Assembly: GCF_963921235.1 (NCBI RefSeq)
Contig: NC_086097.1
Coordinates: 14,818,001 to 14,882,000 of the forward strand
Source: Mobula hypostoma
Taxonomy: Eukaryota
Direction: 5' to 3'
Length of the DNA stretch: 64,000 nucleotides
The notes beneath the pieces were generated by a model. That model worked only from the letters and a program-made list of their open reading frames with translations, ran no database searches and was not told the origin of the DNA. Made by a program: the position numbers and the translations under genes. Positions 24,893-38,352 of the stretch are shown here, one piece after another (within the stretch, counting starts at the first letter, position 1; each line of letters opens with the position of its first letter).

Positions 24893-26385
24893 ATTGATTT
24901 GAATTGACATTATTTCTTGCATCCTTTGCATACATGAGGAGTAAAAATCTTTACGTTACGTCTCCATCTGAATGTACAATGTACGAATTATAGTAATTTG
25001 TAAGAAATAATATGTACAGTAAGATGTACAATAGAATAGTCAATATAACATAGAAATGCAATTGTGTCAGTGTGAATTAATCAGTCTGATGGCCTGGTGG
25101 AAGAAGCTGTCATGGAGACTGTTGGTCCTGGCTTTTATGCTGAGGTACCGTTTCCCAGATCGTAGCAGCTGGAACAGTTTGTGGTTGGGGTGACTCGGGT
25201 TCCCAATGATCCTTCAGGCCTTTTTTACGCACCTATCACTGTAAATATCCTGAATAGTGGGAAATTCACATCTACAGATGCGCTGGGCTGACCGCACCAC
25301 TCTCTGCAGGGTCCTGCGATTGAGGGAAGTACAGTTCCCATACCAGTCAGGATGCTCTCAGTTATGCCCCTGTAGAAAGTTCTTATGATTTGGGAATTCA
25401 TGCCGAACTTCTTCAACGGTCTGAGGTGAAAGAGGCACTGTTGTGCTTTTTTCACCACACAGCCGGTATGTACAGACCAAGCGAGGTCCTTGGTGCTGTG
25501 TATACCGAGGAATTTAAAGCTGTTCACCCTCTCAATCCCAGATCCACTGATGTCAATAGGGGTTAGCCTGTCTCCATTCCTCCTGTAGTCCACAATCAGC
25601 TCCTTTATTTTTGCAACAGTCGTTTTCTTGACACCACTGTGTCAGGGTAATGACTTCTTTTCTGTAGGCTGCCTCATTATTATTTGAGATTAGGCCAATC
25701 GATGTAGTATCATCTGCAAATTTAATTAGCAGGTTAGAATGAATAGTCTTTGGGGCACTGCAAGTCTGTCTTTATTGATGCTTTGCTGCACACTTGAGTA
25801 CTTGGTGGGGGGTGCTGATGCTTTTCGACTGGTGGGGGGGTCGTTGCCTTGCTGCTACTTGTGTGTGGGAGGGGGGCTTTGGGATTCTAACATTTAATTG
25901 TCATTCATTCTTTGGGGCACTCCTCTGTTTTCATGGATGTTTGCAAAGAAAAAGTATTTCAGGATATATATTGCATATATTTCTCTGACATTAAATGTAC
26001 CTATTGAAACCCAGTGAGCTGTGGGTGGCGACACAGTCGTGGGTATACAGAGAGTAAAGGAGGGGCTTTGGACACAGCCCTGGGGGAGGGGGGCTCCTGC
26101 ATTGAGGGGCAGAGGTGAGGGACCCCAGTCTTACCACCTGCCGGCAGGAAGTCCAGGAACCAGCTGCACAAGGCAGGGTCAAGGCCAAGGTCTCTGAGCT
26201 TCTTGTCGAGCCTGGAGGGGATTATGGTGTTGAATGCTGAACTGTAGTCCAAGAACAGCATTCTCACACAAGCATCCTTCTCCAGATGTGTAAGGACGGT
26301 GTGTAGAGCTGTGGATATTGTGTCATCTGTCAATCGGTTGTGTTGGTAGGTGAATTGACGGGGGTCCAGTGTGGGTGGTAGCATG
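24893..26385 (-). mobile_element. Rex1/Babar LINE, 5'-truncated, interrupted at 25733-26010
   Basis: ORFs 26001-26384 ([22 protein letters not shown]) and 25225-25593; (caatt)n-type tail at 24893-24907. Confidence 0.9.
25733..26010 (+). mobile_element. 5'-truncated copy of the non-autonomous retroposon at 35200-36026
   Basis: Shares tcattctttggggcactcctctgttttc...tttctctga with the reverse complement of 35207-35500. Confidence 0.75.
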
Positions 26386-27264
26386 GTGAGTGTGGAATTC
26401 TGTGAGTGTAGAGCCCAGTGAGCGTGGGCAAATGTGAGTGCAGAGCAGAGTGATTGTGGAATTCTTCGAGCGAGGAGCTCAGTGAGTGTGGAAATTTGTG
26501 AATGTGCAATTCTGTGAGTGTGGAATGGAGTATGGGTGGAACTCTGTGAGTGACGAGCGGAGTGAGTGTTGCTTTTATTTGTGTTCGGATCCCAGTGGGC
26601 GTGGAATTCTTGCTGGTGCGGATCCCGGTGGGCGTGGAATTCTTTCGAGTGCGGATCCCGGTGGGCGTGGAATCCTGTGAGGGCAGTCTTGTAATTTGGA
26701 ATGCCCTGCGTTCACTCGGCTCCGTGCTCACAGGACTCTATAGATTCATTGAGTATGCTCACAAGAAAATGAATCTCAGGGTTGTGTATGGTGACACATA
26801 TGTATTTTGATAATAAATTTACTTTGGACTTTGAGGTTCTTATAAAGCACTTCTTAAAAACTTCAAAGTTCTTAAAAAGCACTGTCTTTGTGGATGTGTG
26901 GTTGTGTGGGAGGGAGAAAAGGGGCTTGTTTTACTATTTTATTGTGCTCTGTGCTGATCTGTCGAGCACTGTGGGCACGTTATGTTGGTAACACTTGCGG
27001 GCTACCTCCAGTTGTGTTGGTTGTTAACACAAACAATGCATTTCACTGTATGTTTCCATGTACAAGTGACAAATAAATGAATCTAAATAAAGATTCACAA
27101 TTTCAGATTTGTAAATTTTTTTAAGCAATGTAGGGCTATGCTAGTACATCGAAGTCTCATTTAGTACGATGGTATAAACCTTAGTATTTCACACAATTTC
27201 ATTTTTACAGTTTGCAGAGATGCCGTGGTGACATCTGGCCATTGTGTTTGTGACATGTATAACA

Positions 27265-28345
27265 AAAACCATAAAACGTAGGAGCAGAATTAGGCCATTC
27301 GGCCCATCAAGTCTGCTCTGCCATTCAATCATGGCTGAGTTATTTTCCCACTCCACCCTATTCTCCCTGATGCCCTGACAAATCAAGAACCTATAATCCT
27401 CCAATTGTAATATACCTAATGGCATGATCTCCACAGCTCTCGTAGCAATTAATTCCACAGATTCACTGCCGTCTGGCTAAAGAAATTCCGCCTCATCTCT
27501 GTTCTAAAGGATCGTCCTTCTACTCAGAGACAGAGCCCTCTGGTCCTAGACTCGCCCATTATTGGAAACAGCCCCTCCATATCCACTCTTTTTAGGGCTT
27601 TCAATATTTGGTAGGACTCAGTAAGATCCCCCCTTTCTAAACTCCAGTGAGTACAGTCATAGTCATAGTCATAGTCATACTTTATTGATCCCGAGGGAAA
27701 TTGGTTTTCGTTACAGTTTCACCATAAATAATTAAATAGTAATATGTAAATTATGCCAGGAAATAAGTCCAGGACCAGCCTATTGGCTCAGGGTGTCTGA
27801 CCCTCCAAGGGAGGAGTTGTAAAGTTTGATGGCCACAGGCAGGAATGACTTCCTATGATGCTCTGTGTTGCATCTCGGTGGAATGAGTCTCTGGCTGAAT
27901 GTACTCTTGTGCCCAACCAGTACCTTATGTAGTGGATGGGAGACATTGTCTAAGATGGCATACAACTTGGACAGCATCCTCTTTTCAGACACCACCGTCA
28001 GAGAGTCCAGTTCCATCCCCACAACATCACTGGCCTTACGAATGAGTTTGATGATTCTGTTGGTGTCTGCTACCCTCAGCCTGCTGCCCCAGCACACAAC
28101 AACAAACATGACCGCACTGGCCACCACAGACGCGTAGAAAATCCTCAGCATCGTCCGACAGATGTTAAAGGTTCAGGGTCATCAAACCTTTATACTAACC
28201 CTTTCACATATTAACCCTTTCGTTCCTGGGATCATTCTCATGAACCTTCTCTGGACTCTCTCTAATGCTAGCACATCCTTACTTACATATGGATCCTAAA
28301 ACCACTCATAATCCATCAAATGTGGTCTGACGAATGCTTTGCAAT
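27265..28345 (-). mobile_element. CR1 3' fragment interrupted by Rex1 (27656-28170)
   Basis: CR1 sequence stops at gagtacag (27657) and resumes at gttcagggtcatcaaac (28171). Confidence 0.75.
27656..28170 (-). mobile_element. Rex1/Babar LINE 3' fragment, distinct subfamily
   Basis: ORF 27780-28151 FYASVVASAVMFVVVCWG...SHPLH...RKSFLPVAIKLYN; (atgact)n tail. Confidence 0.88.
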
Positions 28346-28469
28346 ACCTTTTGGTGAAAATCAAGATAAACTGCAGATGCTGGAAATCTGAAATAAAATC
28401 AGAAAATCTGGGTTATTGCAATGTAGAGACTGGGCAAGGCTGTCTGCAACTGAGATAATCTCATTATCA

Positions 28470-30399
28470 ATAGACAATAGGAGTAGGACAATAGGTGCAG
28501 GAGTAGGCCATTTGGCCCTTTGAGCCAGCACCGCCATTCACTGTGATCATGGCTGATCATCCACAATCAGTATCCAGTTCCTGCCTTATCCCCATAACCT
28601 TTGATTCCGCTATCTTTAAGAGCTCTATCCATCTCTTTCTTGGAAGCATCCAGAGACTTGGCCTCCACAGCCTTCTGGGGCAGAGCATTCCATACATCCA
28701 CCACTCTCTGGGTGAAAAAGTTTTTCCTCAACTCCGTTCTAAATGGCCTACCCCTTATTCTTAAACTGTGGCCTCTGGTTCTGGACTCACCCATCAGCAG
28801 GAACATGCTTCCTGCCTCCAGCGTGTCCAATCTCTTAATAATCTTATATGTTTCAATAAGATCCCCTCTCAGCCTTCTAAGTTCCAGAGTATACAAGCCC
28901 AGTTGCTCCAATCTTTCGACATATGACAGTCCCGCTATCCCGGGAATTAACCTTGTGAACCTACGCTGCACTCCCTCAATAGCAAGAATGTCCTTCCTCA
29001 AATTTGGAGACCAAAACTGCACACAGTACTCCAGGTGTGGTCTCACCAGGGCCCTGTACAGCTGCAGAAGGACCTCTTTGCTCTTATACTCAATTCCCCT
29101 TGTTATGAAGGCCAGCATGCCATTAGCTTTCTTCACAGCCTGCTGTACTTGCATGCTTGTTTTCAGTGACTGATGTACAAGAACACTTAGATCTCATTGT
29201 ACTTCCCATTTTCTTAACCTGACTCCATTTAGATAATAATCTGCCTTCCTGTTCTTACCACCAAAGTGGATAACCTCACATTTATCCACATTAAACTGCA
29301 TCTGCCATGCATCATTAAACTGCATCTGCCCACTCACCCAGCCTGTCCAAGTCACCCTGCATTCTCATAACATCCTCCTCACATTTCACGCTGCCACCCA
29401 GCTTTGTGTCATCGGCAAATTTGCTAATGTTACTTTTAATTCCCTCATCTAAATCATTAATATATATTGTAAACAGCACTGAACCCTGCGGTACCCCACT
29501 GGTCACCGCTTGCCATTCAGAAAGGGACCCGTTAATCGCTACTCTTTGTTTTCTGTCAGCCAGCCAATTTTCAATCCATGTCAGTACTCTGCCCCCAATA
29601 CCATGTGCCCTAATTTTGTCCACTAATCTCCTATGTGGGACTTTATCAAAGGCTTTCTGAAAGTCCAGGTACACTACATCCACTGGCTCTCCTTTGTCCA
29701 TTTTCATAGTTACATCCTCAAAAAATTCCAGAAGATTAGTCAAGCACGATTTCCCCTTCGTAAATCCATGCTGACTCGGACCGATCCTGTTACTGCTATC
29801 CAGATGTGTCGTAATTTCATCTTTTATAATTGACTCCAGCATCTTTCCCACCACTGACGTCAGGCTAACCGGTCTATAATTCCCTGTTTTCTCTCTTCCT
29901 TCCTTCTTGAAGAGAGGGACAACATTAGCCACCCTCCGATCCACAGGAACTGACCCTGAATCTATAGAACATTGGAAAATGATTACCAATGCGTCCACGA
30001 TTTCTAAAGCCACCTCCTTAAATACCCTGGGATGCAGACCATCAGGTCCCGGGGACTTATCAGCCTTCAGACCCAACAGCCTATCCAACACCATTTCCTG
30101 CCTTATATAAATTTCTTTCAGTTCATCCATTACTCTAGGTCCTTTGGCCACTATTATATCTGGGAGGTTGTTTGTGTCATCCCTAGTGAAGACAGATCCA
30201 AAGTTCAACTGGGCTGCCATTTCCTTGTTCCCCATAATAAATTCACCCGTTTCTGTCTTCAAGGGCCCAATTTTGGTCTTAACTATTTTTTTCCTTTTCA
30301 CATACTTAAAGAAGCTTTTACTATCCTCCTTTATATTCTTGGCTAGTTTACATTCGTACCTCATTTTTTCTCCACGTATTGCCTTTTTAGTTACCTTCT
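28470..30399 (-). mobile_element. CR1 (HER1-like) LINE, 5'-truncated, young
   Basis: ORFs 29315-30403 (KSPGPDG, DFQKAFD, FADD) and 28567-29154; (ctattgt)n tail. Confidence 0.95.
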
Positions 30400-30896
30400 G
30401 CAAAAAAAACGCAGTGATTTGTGAACCATGACTTTAATTTCAAAGTGCAAGACCATATGCAGGTACACTATTACCTGTACAGGTGAAAGGGCATTGACCC
30501 GAAACATTTGTTCTATTTCCATCTTCACAAGTGCTGCTGGAGCTGCTGAGTATCTTCAGCTCTCTCTGTTATATTCCTGTTAAACGTTGTTTGGAAATCT
30601 CCTGACTCCACACTTCTTAGGAAAGTATAGACACAGAGCATGCTTAGATTAGGATCAATGTGCTTGCCTGGGATGCTTGCTGTCAAGACGCAAACATGAG
30701 GAACAATTTCCCAAATAAGAACGGAAGCCGGGAACTGTAAGTGAAGCAATCCCCCCTGGAGAGGTTAGAAAACTAAAATTGGGACATTACCTGATTTCAT
30801 TAACATCATATCCTGGCAATACATTATCACTACTGAGTGTATTTTCAGCATCTGTATTGTGCTGTATAAGTGTACTCGATTTGGTACCATAATTCA

Positions 30897-33287
30897 TGTT
30901 GTAACATGAACAAAGTTACTGGATGACCGCGAAGGTGTGTGCGCTGCTGAGGACCCGTGACTGCACCTTCAGAGCAGGCGACAAGGCAGCCCTAACAACA
31001 GCGAGGGCCAAGCTGTCTCGGGCCATCAGAGAGGGAAAGCGTGCACACGCCCAGCAAATCCACAGCCCTTCCAGAACAACAGCGACATGCAGCGCATGTG
31101 GAAGGGCATTCAGGACATCACCAACTGCAAGACAACACCACCTGCCTGTGCTGGTGATGCCTCCCTCCCAGATGCTTTGAACAACTTCTACGCTCGTTTC
31201 AAGGCAGAAAATGACATAGTGGCGAGGAAGACCACTCCTCCTCCCAATGACCAGGTGCTGTGTCTTACCGTGGCCGATGTGAGGAGAACCCTGTGCAGGG
31301 TCAACCCACGGAAGGCTGCTGGAACGGACAATATTCCTGGCAGAGTGCTTAGAGGATGTGCGGGCCAGCTAGCTGAGATTCTCACTGACATCTTCAACAT
31401 CTCCCTGAGCAGCGCCATCATTCCTACGTGCTTCAAAGCCGCCACCATCATCCCCGTGTCGAAGAAGTCTTCAGTGTCCTGCCTCAACGACTACCGTCCC
31501 GTTGCACTCACATCCATCATCATGAAGTGTTTCGAGAGGCTCGTCATGAGGCACATCAAGACACTGCTGCCCCCCTCACTGGACCCCCTGCAGTTCGCGT
31601 ACCGTCCCAACCGTTCAACAGAACATTGCCATCACCCTCCACCTGGCCCTAACCCACCTGGACAAAAAAGACACTTACATTTGAATGCTGTTCATTGACT
31701 TCAGTTCAGCATTCAACACAATCATTCCTCAGAAACTGATTGGAAAGCTGAACCTACTGGGCCCGAACACCTCCCTCTGCAACTGGATCCTAGACTTCCT
31801 GACTGGGAGACCTCAGTCAGTCTGGATTGGAAGCAGCATCTCCAACACCATCACACTGAGTATGGGGGCCCCCCAGGGCTGTGTGCTCAGTCCACTGCTG
31901 TTCACTCTGCTGACCCACGACTGTGCTGCAACACACAGCTCGAACCACATCATCAAGTTCACCGATGACATGACCGTGGTGGGTCTCATCAGCAAGAACG
32001 ATGAGTCAGCATACAGAGAGGAGGTGCAGAGCCAACAACCTGTCTCTGAATGTAAACAAAACAAAAGAGATGGGTGTTGACTTCAGGAGGACACAGAGCG
32101 ACCACTGTCCGCTGAACATCAACGACTCCTCCGTAGAGATTGTTAAGAGCAACAAGTTTCTTGGTGTTCACCTGGCAGAGAATCTCACCTGGTCCCTCAA
32201 CACCAGCTCCATAGCAAAGAAAGCCCAACAGCGTCTCTACTTTCTGTGAAGGCTGAGAAAAGTCCATCTCCCACTCCCCATCCTCACCACATTCTACAGA
32301 GGTTGTATTGAGAGCATCCTGAGCAGCTGCATCACTGCCTGGTTCCGAAATTGCACCATCTCGGATCGCAAGACCCTGCAGCGGATAGTAAGGTCAGCTG
32401 AGAAGATCATCGGGGTCTCTCTTCCCACCGTTACAGACATTTACACCGCACGCTGCATCCGTAAAGCAAACAGCATTATGAAGGACCTCACGCACCCCTC
32501 ATACCAAACTCTTCTCCCTCCTGCCATCTGGCAAAAGGCACCGAAGCATTCGGGCTGTCACAACCAGACTTTGTAACAGTTTCTTCCCCCAAGCCATCAG
32601 ACTCCTCAATACCCAGAGCCTGGACTGACACCAACCTACTGCCCTCTACTGTGCCTATTGTCTTGTTTATTATTTATTGTAATGCCTGAACTGTTTTGTG
32701 CACTTTATGCAGTCCTGGGTAGATCTGTAGTCTAGTGTAATTTTTGTGTTGTTTCACGTTGTTCAGTGTAGTTTTTGTATTGTTTCATGTGGCACCATGG
32801 TCCTGAAAAACGTTGTCTCGTTTTTACTGTGCACTGTACCAGCAGTTATGGTCGAAATGACAAAAAGTGACTTGACTTGACTTGACTTGGAGAGACACTG
32901 AAGCTTGTGGATACAGAACTGATTTATTCAGCAAAAATGAGCAGACAGCATCCTATTGAGACTCTTTTGGAGGAAGAGGCCAGTTTGACCCACTATTACA
33001 TGACATTTTATGTGCTAAAGATCAAAGGTATCGGCGGGAAAATTCTACAGTTACAATGTATTTACAATGATTCCTTTAAATTACATATAATCTTCAAACC
33101 TCCTTCTTTGCAAACTCACTCCAGACACCCAAAATGAATGCTAATAAGCATTGTCTCATTTAAAATTAACTGATGTGTACAGCTCCAGGAAATATTGTCC
33201 ATGACTGCATTTTAAATTTAATCTACAAGACTGGCCGCTGAAGTTAATATTGTTCTATATAACCTAACTCCAGCGTATGCCCTAACA
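30897..33287 (-). mobile_element. Probable solo LTR (about 420 bp) split by the Rex1 insertion
   Basis: TGTT...AACA termini; near-TSD attca/agtca; minus-strand AATAAA near 32922. Confidence 0.4.
30921..32889 (+). mobile_element. Rex1/Babar LINE, 5'-truncated, RT with frameshifts
   Basis: ORFs 30923-31180, 31087-31698 ([18 protein letters not shown]), 31685-32080 ([14 protein letters not shown]) and 32001-32249; (gactt)n tail. Confidence 0.95.
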
Positions 33288-33409
33288 AGTCACCTTGGGC
33301 TGAATAAAATCATTATGAGCTACCGAACAACTTTGCTGTCAAACTTTTACAAAGCCTTATCTACATAGCATCCACGCCAGGACCAGCAGACTCAAAAACA
33401 GTTACTTTC

Positions 33410-33772
33410 ATAGAAACATAGAAAACCTACAGCACAATACAGGCCCTTTGGCCCACAAAGTTGTGCCGAACATGTCCCTACTTTAGAAATTACTAGGCTT
33501 GCCCATAGCCCTCTATTTTTCTAAGCTCCATGTACCTATCCAAAAGTCTCTTAAAAGACCCTATCGTATCCACCTCCACCACCGTTGCCGGCAGCCCATT
33601 CCACGCACTCAACACTCTCTGAGTAAAAAACTTACCCCTGACATCTCTGTACCTACTCCCCAGCACCTTAAACCTGTGCCCTCTTGTGGCAACCATTTCA
33701 GCCCTGGGAAAAAGCCTCTGACTATCCACACGATCAATGCCTCTCATCATCTTATACACCTTTATCAGGTCA
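33410..33772 (-). mobile_element. CR1 LINE 3' end
   Basis: DLIKVYKMMRGIDRV...TRGH...FFTQRVLSAWNGLP; tail catagaaacatagaaaacc. Confidence 0.9.
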
Positions 33773-33939
33773 TCTCTCTTCACTCCTGTCCCATTGTAGC
33801 AATAGAAACTGGGTTCATTGTGTGTCAATCCAGATTGCTCATGTATACCAAAGACTCCAGCAATTTTCCAAAGATGTATCGTGAACATTCTGTATGACTT
33901 CATCACAGCCTGCTGCAGTGGCACCAATGAACCATAACT

Positions 33940-34669
33940 AAATTGAATTGACTTTATTTCTTACATCCTTCACATAACATGAGGAGTAAAAATCTTTACA
34001 ATACGTCTCCATCTAAATGTGCAATGTGCAATCATAGTAATTTCTAATAAATAGAACAGTCAATGTAACATAGAAATACACTCAAACCAGCGTGAGTTAA
34101 TCAGTCTGTTGGCCTGGTGGAAGAAACTGTCCTGGAGACTGTTGGTCCTGGCTTTTATGCTGCGGTACCATTTCCTGGATGGTAGCAGCTGGAACAGTTT
34201 GTGGTTGGGGTGACTTGGGTCCCCAGTGATCCTTCAGGCCCTTTTTACACACCTGTCTTTGTAAATGTCCTGATTCATGGGAAGTTCACAACTACAGATG
34301 CGCTGGGCTGTCTGCACCACTCTCTGCAGAGTCCTGCGATTAAGGGAGGTACAGTTCCCATACCAGGCAGTGATGCAGCCAGTCAGGATGCTCTCAATTG
34401 TGCCCCTGTAGAAAGTTCTTAGGATTTGACGGCCCATACCAAACTTCCTCAACCGTCTGAGGTGAAAGAGGTGCTGTTGTGCCTTCTTCACCACACAGCT
34501 GGTGTGTACAGACCACTTGAAGCCCTCGGTGATGTGGATGCCGAGGAACTTAAAGCTGTTTACCCTCTCAACCCCAGATCCACTGATGTAACAGGATTAG
34601 CCCATCTCTATTCCTCCTGTAATCCACAACCATATCCTTTACTTTTGCGACATTGAGAGAGAGGTTCCC
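33940..34669 (-). mobile_element. Rex1/Babar LINE 3' fragment, same subfamily as 24893-25730
   Basis: ORF 34234-34494 KKAQQHLFHLRRLRKFG...IESILTGCITAWYG. Confidence 0.9.
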
Positions 34670-34721
34670 TCAATGCCGCAAGAGGCTTCAGAGGGTTTTA
34701 GACCCCACCAGCTCCATCATC

Positions 34722-36115
34722 TAGGTCCATAATTCATTGAAGGTGGCATCACAGGTAGATAGGGTCATAAAAAAAGCTTTTGGCACATTGGCTTTCATAA
34801 ATCAAAGTATTGAATACAGGAAATGGGATGTTATGTTAAAGTTGTATAAGACATTGGTGAGGCCTAATTTGGAGTACTTTTGTGCAGATTTGGTCACCTA
34901 CCTACAGGAAAGATGTAATCAAAGTTGAAAGAGATTTGACAGAGGCATACAAAATTATGAGGGGTATAGATAGGGTAAATGCAAGCAGACTTTTCCCACT
35001 GAGGTTGGGTGGGACTAGAGGACATGCGTTAAGGGTGAAAGATGAAATGCTAAATGGGAACACGAGGGGAAACTTCTTCACTCAGAGGGTTGTGAGAGTG
35101 TGGAACGAGCTGCCAGATCAAGTGGTGCACGCAGGTCGATTTCAAAGAGTAAGAAAAATTTGGATGCATGCACAGATGGGTGGTGGTCCAGGTGCAGGTT
35201 CAAACGTTCAAAGGTCCAATTTAATATCAGAGAAACGTATACAATATACATCCTGAAATGCTTTTTCTTTGCATACATCCACGAAAACAGAGGAGTGCCC
35301 CAAAGAATGAATGATAGTTAAACGTAAGAACCCCCAAACTACCCCCCAGCTTTCCTCCCTCCCGCACATAAGCGGCAGCGAGCAACTATCCCCCCTCCCC
35401 CCACTAGCAAAAAAAAGCATCAGCACCCGCCACCAAGCACTCAAGCGTGAGCAAAGCAACAGCAAAGACACAGACTTGCAGTTACCCCAAAGACTTTGCA
35501 TTTCACCCGGCATTCAACATACCACAGATTCTCCCTAATAAGGGAGAAAAGGGTGTCTCCGTTTTCCCAGCAGGCAGGGAGACATAACAAACAACTCGCT
35601 GGTTTATGATGTTGAAAGTCCGTTACGTTGCTTTTTCCAAGCTCTGTTCCCAAAGATCTCAAAGATCCCGGGTCTTTGGGCACACAGCAGATTTTCCAAC
35701 TCCCCTGCCGACACACGGGTCTCCTGCCGTGACACCGACCTTCGATCTGCCCATCTCCAGAGACCCGAGATCTTAGGCTTCCAAATCCGAGCCAAACTCT
35801 CAACTCGAACCCTTGGCGTGCCGAACAACAGCTGGTCCTGAAACCCGGAGAGCGGGTCCCATTCCTGCAAAGATCTGAAGTCAGCGTGTAACTCCAGGTC
35901 GGGGTCTTCAAAAGAACCCTGAAAGGGAAAAATAAAGATCTTAAAGATGGAAGTAGAGATGTTTCTGAAGATGCAAGCAAAGGAGTTGCCATTTAGTGCC
36001 ATCTTGACTTCGCTCCGCCCCTCCGTCAGGTCAATGGCACGAAGCAGTTTAAAATGTTTGGCACAGACTAGATGGGCCAAAGGGCCTGTTTCTGAGCTGC
36101 ACGTTTCTATGACTC
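34722..36115 (+). mobile_element. CR1 3' fragment interrupted at 35200-36026
   Basis: ORFs 34737-34928 and 34882-35256; 3' UTR resumes at 36027 and ends gggccaaagggcctgtttct...ctatgactct. Confidence 0.85.
35200..36026 (-). mobile_element. Apparently full-length non-autonomous retroposon (827 bp)
   Basis: Flanking caggt/caggt duplication inside CR1; 5' aagtcaagatggc; 3' (tttgaac)n tail; no RT similarity recognised. Confidence 0.75.
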
Positions 36116-38352
36116 TCTGACCTTCTTTCTACCATTGAGGACATCCTCGGAAGTTGCTGCCTCAAGAAAGCAGCATCCAAGACATACCCAATTCTCATTG
36201 GGGAGGAAAGCCCACACTCCATGCTTTTGGAACAGCTTCTGCCCCTCTCTCATCAGGTCTATAAACCCATGAACACTAACTCACTGTGCATCTTTCACAC
36301 TATTTATTTATGTCTATTGTAACTAGCAGTGATTTGTTATGCCTGCACTGTACTGCTGCCACAAAACAACAAATTCCTCAGCTAATGTCAGCTACAATTA
36401 CCCTGGTTCTCTGATATACACTTTGCAAACCTTTCACCATATTGTAGCTCCTCCCAGCTTAAAAGACTGGGAGTGTTTGATGCTCCGTTTCACGACTGAT
36501 GTCAGCACTGATCTGACAGTGGTTCAGGCTTGCCTTAGCTTGAGCCAACTAGGCCATGTTTCTTTGCTTCCATCCTCTGGGAGGCAGTTCCCCTCTCCGC
36601 CTCCCCAAAGTGCCACACTTCATCATTTAGTACCGGTAGAACTCTCTGCCAAGTAATGGCAGGCAAAACTGAGCATTGCCCAGTTATGGGACTAGAACAA
36701 TCACAGCTATCCAACAGGGAGGCAGTTATGTTAACCGGCCCACAGTATCCTCGGTCATTAACAGAGAAACAGTGACCCATTAAATATATTCATTGAATGG
36801 CGTACTTTTTTTTTCAGTACATGGAACTTATAGCACCTGCAGTCAGAAATATGTGAGCTTTTGAATATGTAAAGGTAGTTTATATTCTATTGAATGCTCA
36901 GGCTACATAGGATACAGTGCTCGAAATCTGAAGGTCATTTAGCATCCATATGCAGTACAGATGTGAAATAGAAGGTGTTCAGACCATAAGGGTTAAAAAT
37001 TCTGCAAACATAGTATGCCTAAGGTGCACCTGCAGAATGAATAGCAAATTTGCTTTAAAATTGCTGGCCCTTTCAAAGCAGGGTCAAAGATCAGGTTTGG
37101 AGGGTGAGCTAAAATTTCCGAAACACAGTTTTTAAATTCTCAGCAGAGAAACTGCTCTTCTATTCTTTTCCCCCTCTTCTCTGAGTGGGTTTTTTGATGC
37201 TTATTAATAAAGATGGAACAAAGGTTTCCTACTCTTGAAACCCAGTTTCTGGATGAGATGGTCCCAAGTGAGGTGGAGTCTGAGACAAACTGACCCAGGA
37301 AATGACCCTTGACCTCAGTCTCAGAAGAACTCTGACTAATGAAGCCCGTGTGGCTTTCCACACTGGTTACCTTGGTGGCCACTCTGAAGGAGCTTGCTAA
37401 TTTGCGCTGGAAGGCGGTCAGCTTTCTGGCGTGGCCTCACACTGGCCCAGGATAATAAAATAAACAGAAAATGCTCAAAAGACACTCAGCATGCCAGGCA
37501 GCATCTGACATAGACGAGAAACGGGGATAACATTTCAGCTTGAACAGGAAAGGAGAGAAAACAAGGTTGGTTTTTAAGTTGTAGGGAGGTGGGTGGGGTG
37601 GGGACAAAGAGAATATTTGTGGTAGGGCGAGGCAAGAGAAATCCTGGGGCTAAGTTATAGAGAAAGTCTGATTGATAGGTTGATGGGAGAATTGAGAGAG
37701 TAAAATACAAGCCAAGAAGTGGAAAATATTGTGAGAAATGCAGAAACAATATCAGATTTTCCATCTCATGCTCTCAATATTTATTGCTTATTCATTTATT
37801 ATTTTATTGTTTTCTTTTTGTATTTCCACAGTCTTCCACACTGTGGTTGAAGGCCCAAGTTGGGCAGACTTTCATTGATCTTGTTGTGGCTATATTCTGT
37901 AGATTTATTGAGTATGCCCACAAGAAAATGAGTCTCAGGGTTGTATATGGAAACATATACTGTATGTACTTTGAAAATAAATTTACTTTAAACTTTGAAT
38001 CTGAAGCTGTGCAAAAAAATAGTGGAGTGTCAATGGTAGAAGAACCGAGAGAGGTAAAGTCTAAGAAGGGTTGGTAACACCACCAGAAATGGGTTGCTGC
38101 TTCTCTTGTGCATTCTGCTAGAATTGGGGAAAAAACCCACACATGAATAGTATTTAATGAGCAATGGAACTAAAGGTGGGAGAAAGAAACACATACTCAC
38201 ACACATGCAGTAAAGTTATGACATGGTGAAGAAGAAAATGGAACACCAAACAGCTCCAGTGATAACTGGTAAACCAACTGGAGATATGAAAGGAATTGGT
38301 GAGTAGCCGACATGACTTGGGGTCAAGGCGGACAGAACTGAAAACAAAATGA

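Larger units (their letters stand above)
20570..26690. repeat. Degenerate ~31-33-bp tandem repeat (core gtgagtgtggaattct), broken by several insertions
   Basis: Blocks at about 20570-20790, 21130-21341, 24279-24890 and 26386-26690; period 31 at 21241 and 33 at 26587. Confidence 0.8.

Noticed and set aside
24518..26731. His/Ser/Thr-rich repetitive ORFs
   Set aside because: Translations of the tandem repeat.
35441..36080. Overlapping 183-aa and 158-aa ORFs
   Set aside because: No recognisable domain, one starts outside the element, and no similar ORF is evident in the related copies; probably non-coding.
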